64,000 bases of DNA from Candidatus Woesearchaeota archaeon. Lineage in GTDB: Archaea; Nanobdellota; Nanobdellia; SCGC-AAA011-G17; GW2011-AR18. The notes beneath the pieces are model-generated. The model saw only the letters and a program-made list of their open reading frames with translations. It did no database searches and had not been told where the DNA came from. Positions 36,656-45,800 of this stretch are shown one piece after another (position 1 is the first letter of the stretch; every line of letters begins with the position of its first letter). The DNA is taken from assembly GCA_964497265.1 (NCBI GenBank), contig CAZCCK010000003.1, positions 2,972 to 66,971 of the forward strand, read 5' to 3'. The position numbers were made by a program, and so were the translations under genes.

Positions 36656-39349
36656 ATGTTAAGAAAAAAAGGCGGGTTGTTAGTAGTTCTTACTTTATTG
36701 CTTCTGTTGCCGTCTGTTTTTGCTCAAGCTGTAACTTCACAGGGATATAATTTTATTTCTGATTTTTACGTAAATTTTAACGGAATTGTGGATTTTATTC
36801 TTTATTTTCTTATATTTGGTGGTGCGGCTCGTTTAGCTTTTGAAAGAAAGGACGCCAGAGATAAAAGAGCGGGAAAGATTCTTCAGGTTGCGGTAAGTTT
36901 AGTTCTCTCTTTTAGTTTAGTTCTTTGGGAAGCGCAAACAGGATTTAATTTGTTAAGTGTTGGCCCTTATGCTTTAGGATTATTAGTTTTGGCGATTTTA
37001 TTTAATGTGTTTATGTTCTATAGAAAAGCGACAGGAGGAAATAATAACAACAATACAGAAGGAAAAGGATCTTCGTTTATTTTTTTCTTAATTGCTGCTG
37101 CGGCAGTGTTTTATTTTTTATTAAGTCCTAATTCAATTCCAGGAAGTTTTTCTTTTGCGCTTGGAGGATTTTCATGGGCAGATTTTTTGGTGTGGGGAAT
37201 TGTGATTTTTTTTGTAATTATGGGTTTACGAGCATTATGGAAAGAACATGGCCCTGAATCTAGCGGAACGTTTAAAGGAACTGGTCTTGGTGGAAGTTTA
37301 CTTGGATTAGTAGCGTTACTTGCGATGATTTTTGGAGGAGTGTTTGCTTATCAGCAGGCAGGGTGGTTAGGGTTGATTGGAGTGCTCGCAATTCTCTTTG
37401 GAACAGGAGGGTTTGGGTTGAATAAGTGGGCAGAATCAAGAAGAAAGCCAAAACCTGATACTAAAAAAATTACTCCTCATCTTAGTGGAGATGCAGAAGA
37501 TAAAGCCGATGAAGAACCTCCAAAAGAGAAAGAGCCTTCAGGATGGGCGACAGCTACCGGAAATGGAATTGTTGATGCCACTTCGTGGACCTGGAAGCAA
37601 ATAAAGAGCTCGTTCGCTTGGACAAAAAAGCAAGCAAAGGAGGGATGGGGTTGGACTAAGAATTGGTGGACGAAGAAAGGAAGTGTTGAAGTAGAAATTG
37701 TCCATACCCCTGAGGATCCTGCCTTAACAGATACAACCAATTCTTTTGATATTTATATGCACAAACCAAAAGTAAAGTGTAATCCTAAGTTCGATAGTTC
37801 TGTAAGTTCATTAGATGATTACAAATATGAGTGGATTGATAAAGTAAATCCAAAAGGGACTGATGCGTTCTATGAGCTTAATCTAGACAATTTAGCCGCT
37901 GATCATCTTGGCAAACATACACTTAGGTTGTACGTGACAGAGAAAAAAGATAAGAAAAAGACAGGATATGCTGAGTGGACGTTTGAAGTTACAGATAGTG
38001 GCGTAGCCAAGAGTCCTAAGTTATTTAGTAAATTAAAAGTGAAAGTAAGTATTGCTGCTCCGGTTGGTGTCACCACATTTGATTTAAGTGATCCAAGGAC
38101 AGTAGATCTAATTACATTATTAGTTGATGTTGAAGGCGGAGAAGCGCCTTATAAGTATGATTGGGATGACAAGAAGATTAAAGCTGCTCGTAGTGGAGCG
38201 AATAATTTTGAGTATAGTTTGAAAGATATTGATCTAAAAGAGTTAGAGGAAGAAAAAGATGTTGAAGTGACAGTTACAGATAAGAATGGGGTGAAAGGAA
38301 GAGGATACATCCTGTTCACAGTAAAAAGAAAAGCTCCGGAACTTACATTGAAAACTCCTCCCTCTCTAAGTACTCAAACGTATCAAAATAAAGAGATAGC
38401 TGTAATTGCAAAAATTGAGAATGTAACAAAATTTGTTCTTAGAGATTTAAAGCTAGAGATTGGTGAAGGAACACAAAAGAAAAGAGATATTGAAAAAAGA
38501 GGACACGTAGAAAAAAGAAAGATAAGAATTGAAGACAGAAAAGAGTTTAAAATAAGGAGAGATCCAACAAATCCAGCCGTATATCAAATAGGCGTAGTCA
38601 TTCCAGACAAACTCAAATTAGATCCTGGAGAATATACAGTTGGGTTTTTTGCTAAAGAAGAAAAGATAGGAACTGTTGATATTTTTTATTTAGATGTTCA
38701 AGAACCTCCAAGTATAAAAGTAGAAGAACCCGCTAGAAAGGGAAAGTTAGAATTTTGGATTAGCGAGCCCACAATATTCAAAGTGAGTACAACAGGGCCG
38801 ATTAAAGAAATAGAATGGTGGATTGAAAAAGGAATTCTCACTAGTCCAGCTGGAAAAGAAAAATTATTGGATAATGGAAAAGAGATTCATCCAGATTTTA
38901 AAGGATTTTTAGAAGGAGAGTATACGTTATTTAGTGTAGCTTTAGATGATAAAGGAATTCCTTTGGGAAGAGTAATATTCTATATCCGCCTTAAGAGAGA
39001 GAGTATAGAAATCAAAGTAGCGCCAAAGCAAGTTAAGTTAGAAGGAACAGGATTACACAAAAAAGCAGACCAATTATGGGAATTAAAAGCCAAGGTAGAT
39101 ATTCCTCATGGAGAAGTGCATTGGGCTCTTGCAGAGGGGACATGGGATCGCCTAATAGAAGCTTTGAAAGGGACTACCGTTCATAAATTAGATTTTAAAG
39201 GAAGAGAGATTGAAGAAAATTTTAGTGTGTTTGGAGAGCAGGATTTACCAGAGGGAGTTTATACACTTTTTGCGTATAAAGGAGATGATAAAGGAAAACC
39301 ATTAGGAGAAGTAGAGGATAGAGTATTAATCAACTTTAAAGACGCGTAA
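36656..39349 (+). CDS. Large polytopic membrane protein with an extracellular beta-rich region; contains a Trp/Lys-rich amphipathic segment
   Basis: Signal peptide, then about 6 TM helices, an acidic linker, WTWKQIKSSFAWTKKQAKEGWGWTKNWWTKKG, and then about 500 aa of beta-rich Ig-like sequence. Confidence 0.55.
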   Translation: MLRKKGGLLVVLTLLLLLPSVFAQAVTSQGYNFISDFYVNFNGIVDFILYFLIFGGAARLAFERKDARDKRAGKILQVAVSLVLSFSLVLWEAQTGFNLLSVGPYALGLLVLAILFNVFMFYRKATGGNNNNNTEGKGSSFIFFLIAAAAVFYFLLSPNSIPGSFSFALGGFSWADFLVWGIVIFFVIMGLRALWKEHGPESSGTFKGTGLGGSLLGLVALLAMIFGGVFAYQQAGWLGLIGVLAILFGTGGFGLNKWAESRRKPKPDTKKITPHLSGDAEDKADEEPPKEKEPSGWATATGNGIVDATSWTWKQIKSSFAWTKKQAKEGWGWTKNWWTKKGSVEVEIVHTPEDPALTDTTNSFDIYMHKPKVKCNPKFDSSVSSLDDYKYEWIDKVNPKGTDAFYELNLDNLAADHLGKHTLRLYVTEKKDKKKTGYAEWTFEVTDSGVAKSPKLFSKLKVKVSIAAPVGVTTFDLSDPRTVDLITLLVDVEGGEAPYKYDWDDKKIKAARSGANNFEYSLKDIDLKELEEEKDVEVTVTDKNGVKGRGYILFTVKRKAPELTLKTPPSLSTQTYQNKEIAVIAKIENVTKFVLRDLKLEIGEGTQKKRDIEKRGHVEKRKIRIEDRKEFKIRRDPTNPAVYQIGVVIPDKLKLDPGEYTVGFFAKEEKIGTVDIFYLDVQEPPSIKVEEPARKGKLEFWISEPTIFKVSTTGPIKEIEWWIEKGILTSPAGKEKLLDNGKEIHPDFKGFLEGEYTLFSVALDDKGIPLGRVIFYIRLKRESIEIKVAPKQVKLEGTGLHKKADQLWELKAKVDIPHGEVHWALAEGTWDRLIEALKGTTVHKLDFKGREIEENFSVFGEQDLPEGVYTLFAYKGDDKGKPLGEVEDRVLINFKDA

Positions 39350-40358
39350 AGTCTCCTAATCCTCGTTGTGCTTGTTCTTTAGTTTCTGTTTTTAATTTAT
39401 CTAAGATGCTTTGAATACGTTCTTCGTTGAATTCGTGTTTTTCTACAAGGAGTTTTTTAATTTTAATTTCATCAATTTTTCCCCATTCTAGGGTATAATC
39501 AGAAGTAACGTCTATTTTTTTAAAAATATCATAGATCTCCTTCCAGTCAAAGTCTGCTTTCAAATCAACAAAGATTTTATCAAAATCTTTTTCTTCAAGT
39601 ACTTTTTTTAAAGCTTTTTTCGGTCCTATTCCTCGAATGCCTTTATTATTAAAGTCTGTTCCAACGAGAATTCCCAAGACGATAAGTTGATCGGGGGTAA
39701 TGTTAAGTTCTTTCAAGGTTTTTGGTAGGTCAATGAGTTCTAGAAAGGTAAGAACGTGTTTTCCTGAAGCAAGTTTTCTCTTTTGAGATAAGGTTAAGTT
39801 ACGAATTAAGCGAGGTGTACCAAAAAGTAAAGAGTCAGCGTCTTGTGATGCAGTTGCCCAGACATCTCCTTTTTTACACATAAATGCTGCTTGTGCTTCT
39901 GCTTCGCTTGGTGCTTCGATGACAGGTAATCCTAAAGCTTTGATTAGTTCCTTGCTTTCTTCAATCATTTCAGTGTTAAGGCGAGCGAATTGTTTAGAAT
40001 ATTTGTACATGTCTTCTAAGTTTTCTTCTTCTACTGCTTGGTTGTACTTACTTTCTGCTTCTTTTTTCCTACTGGAACGATCTTGTTGTTCTTTGAGTTT
40101 TAATACAGGTGGAGTTCCATCAAAGACATAGCAAAGTTTAATGCCTTTTCCCATGAGGTTAGCTGTCCTTGTAAGTAGACCTTGTAAGTGAGAGGTGACT
40201 CTTCCTTGAGAGTCCATAAGCAGAGTGCCATCTGGTTGGCGAATAGAAGCGATAAACTGATACAAAGCGTTGTAAGCGTCTATTGCTATTTTCTTTCCTT
40301 TAAGATCTTCGAATTGAATTTCTTCTTTCGGTAGGAGTTCAGAAATATTTACACCCAT
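39336..40358 (-). CDS. fen1: Flap endonuclease 1
   Basis: MGVNISELLPKEEIQFEDLKGKKIAIDAYNALYQFIA, the XPG N and I domains, and a C-terminal PIP-like tail. The start is moved to the internal ATG at 40358; the ORF track extends to 40460. Confidence 0.85.
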   Translation of the reverse strand: MGVNISELLPKEEIQFEDLKGKKIAIDAYNALYQFIASIRQPDGTLLMDSQGRVTSHLQGLLTRTANLMGKGIKLCYVFDGTPPVLKLKEQQDRSSRKKEAESKYNQAVEEENLEDMYKYSKQFARLNTEMIEESKELIKALGLPVIEAPSEAEAQAAFMCKKGDVWATASQDADSLLFGTPRLIRNLTLSQKRKLASGKHVLTFLELIDLPKTLKELNITPDQLIVLGILVGTDFNNKGIRGIGPKKALKKVLEEKDFDKIFVDLKADFDWKEIYDIFKKIDVTSDYTLEWGKIDEIKIKKLLVEKHEFNEERIQSILDKLKTETKEQAQRGLGDFTRL

Positions 40359-40408
40359 AAAAGAGGATAACCTAAAAGTTTTTATAATGTTTTCGTTTAT
40401 CTTTAAAG

Positions 40409-41305
40409 ATGGATTTGCCTCAAGAATGGAAGAAAGCGGGTAAGATTGCAGGTCAAGCAAGAGTTTTTGGTGCTTCTTTGATTAAAGAAGGTGTTTCTTT
40501 TTTAGAAGTTTCAAGTAAAGTTGAAGAGTTTATTTTTAAGAAAGGAGGAAAGCTTGCTTTCCCCGTGCAGATTTCTCTAAACGGATTGGCTGCGCATTAT
40601 ACGCCTTTTCCAAAGGATGAGTCTGTTTTCAAGAGGGGAGATTTAGTAAAATTAGATTTGGGAGTACACATTGATGGTTATATTGGCGATACTGCGATGA
40701 CAATAGAGGTTGGTTCAAACGAAAATCAAGATTTGATTAAAGCAAGTAAGGAAGCGTTAGATGCTGCGTTGAAATTAGCAAAGCCAGGGATAAAGATTGG
40801 TGAGATTGGTTCTGCTGTTGCTTCGGTTATTGAAGGGTACGGGTTTAAGCCGATAAAAAATCTTTCTGGTCATGGTGTTTCTCGTTATACCTTACATGAT
40901 GATCCTTCTATTCCCAATTATGATAACAAGGATCCTTTAAAATTAGAAGAGGGGCAAGTGTTAGCGATTGAACCTTTTGCAACAAAGGGAGGGGGTTTAG
41001 TGAAAGAAGGGAAGGGTTCTAGTAATTACAGGTTAGCCTATCCAAACAAGCAGATTAGAGATACAAATGCAAGAAAGATATTAGATTATATTAGAGAAGA
41101 ATTCTATACTTTACCTTTTGCAAAGAGATATTTAACAAAGGTTTTTGACGAAAGTAAAGTGACGTTAGCATTAAGAATGTTAGAGAACGCCGGATTGATT
41201 TATGAGTATGCCCAATTACCGGAAAAAGAAGAGGGTTTGACTTCTCAGCATGAGCATACCGTGCAGGTTGCGGATAAACCTCTTATTCTAACAAAAGAAG
41301 ATTAA
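40409..41305 (+). CDS. map: Methionine aminopeptidase (type 2, archaeal)
   Basis: Pita-bread fold motifs: the DLVKLDLGVHIDGYIGD and HGVSRY..H regions. Confidence 0.85.
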   Translation: MDLPQEWKKAGKIAGQARVFGASLIKEGVSFLEVSSKVEEFIFKKGGKLAFPVQISLNGLAAHYTPFPKDESVFKRGDLVKLDLGVHIDGYIGDTAMTIEVGSNENQDLIKASKEALDAALKLAKPGIKIGEIGSAVASVIEGYGFKPIKNLSGHGVSRYTLHDDPSIPNYDNKDPLKLEEGQVLAIEPFATKGGGLVKEGKGSSNYRLAYPNKQIRDTNARKILDYIREEFYTLPFAKRYLTKVFDESKVTLALRMLENAGLIYEYAQLPEKEEGLTSQHEHTVQVADKPLILTKED

Positions 41306-41319
41306 AGGTTTATTTAAAA

Positions 41320-41622
41320 TTAGCGTTTTTTTGCAGCAAAAGCTTGCTTGTTTTTTTGCATATCTTCTCTATAATCTGCCATTTGTTGAATTTCATTTGC
41401 ACAAAAAGCGCGAAGAGTGGATAGGTCTAGTTGATCCAATAAGTCTGCGCATTGAATATATTTCTTAGCGGTAAGGTCCAAGTTTTGCATGTATTGTTTC
41501 TCTGAAGATTCCAATTCTCTAGCAATGCCAGAAAGAAGAACTGTGATTTGACTAAAAAGTTCTTTTTGTTTTGTAAGAAATTTAGAATTTACCTTAGGAT
41601 TTAATCCGGGTGATGCAACCAT
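41320..41622 (-). CDS. Hypothetical coiled-coil protein
   Basis: ORF track entry; no motif. Confidence 0.35.
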   Translation of the reverse strand: MVASPGLNPKVNSKFLTKQKELFSQITVLLSGIARELESSEKQYMQNLDLTAKKYIQCADLLDQLDLSTLRAFCANEIQQMADYREDMQKNKQAFAAKKR

Positions 41623-41656
41623 AAAAAAGAATTAAGAAAAAGGATCTATTTAAAGT

Positions 41657-44092
41657 TTATCCCATATAACTCAAAGCATCTTTGTCGCGGATTGCTGCGC
41701 CACGTGCTGTGCGTAAGTAAGATTCTTCGATTTCTTCGTATTTTTTCACATCTTCTTCCGTGATAGAAGGTTTGACTTTTTTAAGACCCTCGTTGAAATC
41801 TTTGAGCGTTACTACCTTCGCGTTTAGATCTCTTCGTAAAGCGAGTATTGCTGCTTCGCGGCAGACTGCTTCTATGTCTGCTCCTACGTAGTTGGGTGTT
41901 TTTTCTGTGAGTAAGTAGAGGAGTTTTTCTTTATTGGATAATTTGGTTTGTTCTTTTACTACTTTTTTCTTAGAACCTTCTTCAACTTTAGTTCCTTTCA
42001 GGACAATGTCATTAATTTGAGGTTCTTTTATTTTAAGGTCTTTGAACATTCTTTCAAGTTCTAAAGCTTCTTCGCTTGTGACTTCTATAGGCATTGCTTG
42101 AGTGTGGATTTGGAATATTCTAAAGCGAGCTTTCTCATCTGGAATCGGTGCTAAGATAACGCGATCAAATCTACCCGGGCGTAAGAGCGCTGGGTCAATG
42201 ATATCCGGTCTATTAGTTGCTCCAATTACAATAACGTCATTAAGTTCTTGTAGTCCGTCGATTTCGGTTAGGAGTTGGTTGACCATTCGTTCAGTAACGT
42301 TGGAATCCCCACCTCTGCCTCTTCGTGGTGCGATTGCGTCGATTTCATCAAAGAATACGATTGCTGGTGATGCTTGGCGTGCTTTTTCAAAGATTTTGCG
42401 GACTGCTCGTTCGCTCTCGCCGACCCACTTTGATAACATCTCAGGTCCGTTGACAAGAATGAAGTTTGCTTCGCTTTCATGTGCGACTGCTTTTGCTAAG
42501 AGTGTTTTTCCTGTTCCTGGTGGTCCATAAAGTAAAATTCCTTTTGGTGCGCGAACACCGAGATTTTTAAAAATGTTAGGATGTTTAAGCGGCCATTCAA
42601 CTGCTTCTTTGAGTTCTTGTTTGATTCCTTCAAGTCCTCCAATTTCTTCCCAGGTAGTTGTTGGTGCTTCGATGAAGACTTCTCGTAAGGCAGATGGTCG
42701 AACAAGTTTTAATGCTTCTCTAAAGTCAGTGAAGGTAATTTGAAGTTTGTTCAATAATTCCGAAGAGATAGGTTCGTCTTTTTTGTATTCTAGTTCAGGT
42801 AATAATCTTCGTAAGACAACCATGGCTGCTTCTTTGCATAAGACTTCTAGATCTGCTCCGACAAAGCCGTGTGTTGCGCGAGCAAGTTCTTTTAAATCTA
42901 CATCCTTTGTTAAAGGCATGTTGCGTGTATGAATTTTTAAAATTTGTAAGCGTCCTTCTTGTTTTGGTACTCCGATTTCTACTTCTCTGTCAAATCTTCC
43001 TGGTCTTCGTAATGCTGGATCGAGAGCGTTAGGGCGATTTGTTGCAGCGATAACTACAACGCGACCACGAGATTTAAGTCCGTCCATGGTAGTAAGTAAT
43101 TGCGCGACAACTCTTCGTTCTACTTCCCCGTAGCTTTCTTCTCGTTTGGAAGCGATTGCGTCTATTTCATCAATAAAGATAATTGAAGGTGCATTTTTTT
43201 CTGCTTCTTCAAAGATCTCACGAATTCTTTTTTCTGCTTCACCGACGAATTTACTCATGACCGCTGGCGCGTCTAAATGAATAAAGTGTGCGTTTGTTTC
43301 GTTTGCTACTGCTTTTGCTAAGAGTGTTTTTCCTGTTCCTGGTGCTCCATGGAGTAATACTCCTTTTGGAGGTTCTATTCCTAGTCTTTCAAAAAGTTCG
43401 GGATGTTTCAAAGGTAGTTCTACCATTTCACGAATTTTTTTTACTTCTTCGGTAAGACCGCCTACATCTTCATAGGTAACTTCTACAATTTTTTCTTCTA
43501 GAACTTCTACTGCTTTTGAGCTTAATCCGATTTCAGTGTTTTCTGTGATGATGACTGCTTGTTTTGGATCTGTATTAACGACAATAAATTTTAAGCCACC
43601 TGTTACAAAGCTGTTAAATCCGTCTTCGAAAATGTCAAAGATATCTTCAAAGGGGCTTCCTTCTGCGTTTCTTCGTCTTCGTTTTGCTCCTCCAAGAGTT
43701 ACTTGATCTCCTTTGAGGACTGCTCGTCCGAGTAATCCTGCTTTGAAAACAACTGGGTCTGCTTGGACGGTGATTCCAGGTTGTGCTGGTGCGATGGTGA
43801 TGGATTTTGCTTCTTTGACTTCTGCTCTTCGAACTTTAATGTATTCGCCTAAGCTGGTTTTAGAATTTCTTCGTAAAACTCCATCCATTCTGATGATGGA
43901 TTCTCCTACGTCTGAAGGGTAAGCGCGGTCTACGATTCCAACTGTTTTTCTTCCGCCTTCTATTTCAATGACATCTCCAGGTCTTACTCCAATTTCTCTC
44001 ATGGTTTGAGAGTCAATTCTTACAATTCCTTTGTAAGCTTCTTCTTGGATTGCTTCTTTGACTTTGAGTTTGATTTCAATGATCTTGTCCAT
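41657..44092 (-). CDS. cdc48: Cdc48/VCP-like AAA+ ATPase (N-domain plus two AAA modules)
   Basis: Two Walker A motifs ([15 protein letters not shown] and [15 protein letters not shown]), two Walker B motifs ([11 protein letters not shown] and [11 protein letters not shown]), and SRH regions. Confidence 0.9.
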   Translation of the reverse strand: MDKIIEIKLKVKEAIQEEAYKGIVRIDSQTMREIGVRPGDVIEIEGGRKTVGIVDRAYPSDVGESIIRMDGVLRRNSKTSLGEYIKVRRAEVKEAKSITIAPAQPGITVQADPVVFKAGLLGRAVLKGDQVTLGGAKRRRRNAEGSPFEDIFDIFEDGFNSFVTGGLKFIVVNTDPKQAVIITENTEIGLSSKAVEVLEEKIVEVTYEDVGGLTEEVKKIREMVELPLKHPELFERLGIEPPKGVLLHGAPGTGKTLLAKAVANETNAHFIHLDAPAVMSKFVGEAEKRIREIFEEAEKNAPSIIFIDEIDAIASKREESYGEVERRVVAQLLTTMDGLKSRGRVVVIAATNRPNALDPALRRPGRFDREVEIGVPKQEGRLQILKIHTRNMPLTKDVDLKELARATHGFVGADLEVLCKEAAMVVLRRLLPELEYKKDEPISSELLNKLQITFTDFREALKLVRPSALREVFIEAPTTTWEEIGGLEGIKQELKEAVEWPLKHPNIFKNLGVRAPKGILLYGPPGTGKTLLAKAVAHESEANFILVNGPEMLSKWVGESERAVRKIFEKARQASPAIVFFDEIDAIAPRRGRGGDSNVTERMVNQLLTEIDGLQELNDVIVIGATNRPDIIDPALLRPGRFDRVILAPIPDEKARFRIFQIHTQAMPIEVTSEEALELERMFKDLKIKEPQINDIVLKGTKVEEGSKKKVVKEQTKLSNKEKLLYLLTEKTPNYVGADIEAVCREAAILALRRDLNAKVVTLKDFNEGLKKVKPSITEEDVKKYEEIEESYLRTARGAAIRDKDALSYMG

Positions 44093-44462
44093 AGTGATCC
44101 TCAGGGTTGTTTTGATTATAAAATTTTCTGCTCATGAACATGACTATTCGTCCTGGTCCTTCTAAGTGAAGTCTGACAAGTTGGTCCATTTCTTTTTCAA
44201 AGTCTTTGTGAAAGTCGATGATTTCTTTTGGGATTGAGACGCAGAAGCTATTTCCAACAAGTCTTAGTTTGACGTCAAAAGGACGTTGATAGAGTTGTTT
44301 GAAGTCTTCGTATTCTTTTAAGTCTCCAGGGTGGAAGGTGAGTTCTTTGCAGGTAGGGCATTCTAAAGCGCGGAGTTCAAATCCATCTTTTAAAAGGATT
44401 TTTTTGTGGGTGAGTATGTCACATCTGTTGCAGAGGATTTTGTGGTCGAAGAGATCTTTCAT
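44076..44462 (-). CDS. Zn-ribbon plus AbrB/SpoVT-like domain protein (putative regulator) co-transcribed with cdc48
   Basis: CNRC...CPTC zinc ribbon, then VKLRLVGNSFCVSIPKEIIDF, a swapped-hairpin-like segment. It overlaps cdc48 by 17 nt. Confidence 0.45.
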   Translation of the reverse strand: MKDLFDHKILCNRCDILTHKKILLKDGFELRALECPTCKELTFHPGDLKEYEDFKQLYQRPFDVKLRLVGNSFCVSIPKEIIDFHKDFEKEMDQLVRLHLEGPGRIVMFMSRKFYNQNNPEDHYGQDH

Positions 44463-44580
44463 GGTATATACGGGAGGTATACACCCTAAAGTATTTAAAT
44501 CTTATCAAAATAAGATACCACTTAAGAGTTACGAAAGAAAGGGAAGATTTATTAAAGAAAACTTCTGTAAAAAACAGATA

Positions 44581-45162
44581 ATGAACTTAGAAGATCAAAT
44601 CAAAAATCAGATTCCTCAAGCAGTAAGGCAATTAGCTTCTCTTTTCGAGATTGGAGAGGAAGCAGAGTCAACAATTCCTGCTTTTAAAACAATTGTTCCA
44701 AAATTGACAATTCAAACAGTATACAGTTCAGATAGAATAAGACCCGGATATGTAGCAGGAAGAACGGTTGGAACTCTTTTCCATAGAAAAGCGAACTCAG
44801 CATTCTACGAAAATCCAAGACGAATATTAACCGTCATCGATAATCAGAATGAAACCGAAAGGGAAGTAGAAAGCGTATACGAAAGACAAAGAGAAGGAGT
44901 CAAAGGAATTATTTCACATTACTGCGGATTAGCGTGCGCAGAGGGAAAGATGTTCAATGATGAACGATCTGAAAGAATGGCAATGAATCCTCTAGAGTAC
45001 TCAAATCCTCAAGTTCAGAAAAGAGAACAGAGAAAGAGATTAATTTGGATTGTTGCGAAAAGTCTTTTAACAGGGAATAAAGAAGAGTTCTCAAGAGTTG
45101 TAAAGATGAATGTTTCTCCAGCAGCGAAGTATATTGAAGAAAGAACAGGTATAAGTTTATAA
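44581..45162 (+). CDS. Hypothetical protein (193 aa) upstream of radB
   Basis: The ORF track extends to 44299, but that extension overlaps the convergent gene. The first ATG clear of the overlap is at 44581. Confidence 0.45.
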   Translation: MNLEDQIKNQIPQAVRQLASLFEIGEEAESTIPAFKTIVPKLTIQTVYSSDRIRPGYVAGRTVGTLFHRKANSAFYENPRRILTVIDNQNETEREVESVYERQREGVKGIISHYCGLACAEGKMFNDERSERMAMNPLEYSNPQVQKREQRKRLIWIVAKSLLTGNKEEFSRVVKMNVSPAAKYIEERTGISL

Positions 45163-45185
45163 GAGAAAACTCTTCTCCGAAGAGT

Positions 45186-45800
45186 ATGAAAGTTTCAACG
45201 GGAATAAAAGATTTCGATAGCTTATTTTGTTTTGATTCTAATCTTTTAACAATGGTATACGGTGAAGCAGCTACAGGTAAAACAACTTTAGCTTTATTGA
45301 AAACAATCGAGGAAGCGAAAAAGAACAAGGTGATTTATATTGATACTGAAAATGGTTTTTCTATAGAAAGATTAAAACAGTTAGCTCCAGATTATAAAGT
45401 GTTTATAGAACAGATTATGCATATTCATCCAACGAATTTAGAGGAGCAAGAAAAAATAATTTTAAGTTTGAATGAAAAGAACAAGACGGTCATTATAGAC
45501 ACAATTGGATTTTTTTATAGGGTAGAGGTTAAGCAAGATCCTTACAAAGCGAATAAATCTTTAGATAATCAGTTAAAAAAGTTGACAGAGTTGGCCAAGA
45601 AAGGAGTTTTCATTTTAATGACGAATCAAGTGTATTCCGATTTACAGGGAAGGATTGTAAATGTTGGTGGAGATATGTTAAAGAATTGGTCTAAAATGTT
45701 AATTCAATTATCAAAAAACCCAAGAAAATTAAGAGTGGAAAAACCGTTTAGTTTAGAAATCCCATTTGAAATCCAAGAAAGAGGTATCAAAAAAAGTTAA
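45186..45800 (+). CDS. radB: RadB (short RecA/RadA paralog)
   Basis: STGIKDFDSLF..VYGEAATGKTTLAL (Walker A), VIIDTIG (Walker B); size about 200 aa. Confidence 0.7.
   Translation: MKVSTGIKDFDSLFCFDSNLLTMVYGEAATGKTTLALLKTIEEAKKNKVIYIDTENGFSIERLKQLAPDYKVFIEQIMHIHPTNLEEQEKIILSLNEKNKTVIIDTIGFFYRVEVKQDPYKANKSLDNQLKKLTELAKKGVFILMTNQVYSDLQGRIVNVGGDMLKNWSKMLIQLSKNPRKLRVEKPFSLEIPFEIQERGIKKS

Noticed and set aside
44299-44580. N-terminal 94-aa extension of the 287-aa ORF
   Set aside because: The extension overlaps the convergent 128-aa gene and its promoter palindrome. The ATG at 44581 is preceded by an A/T-rich region
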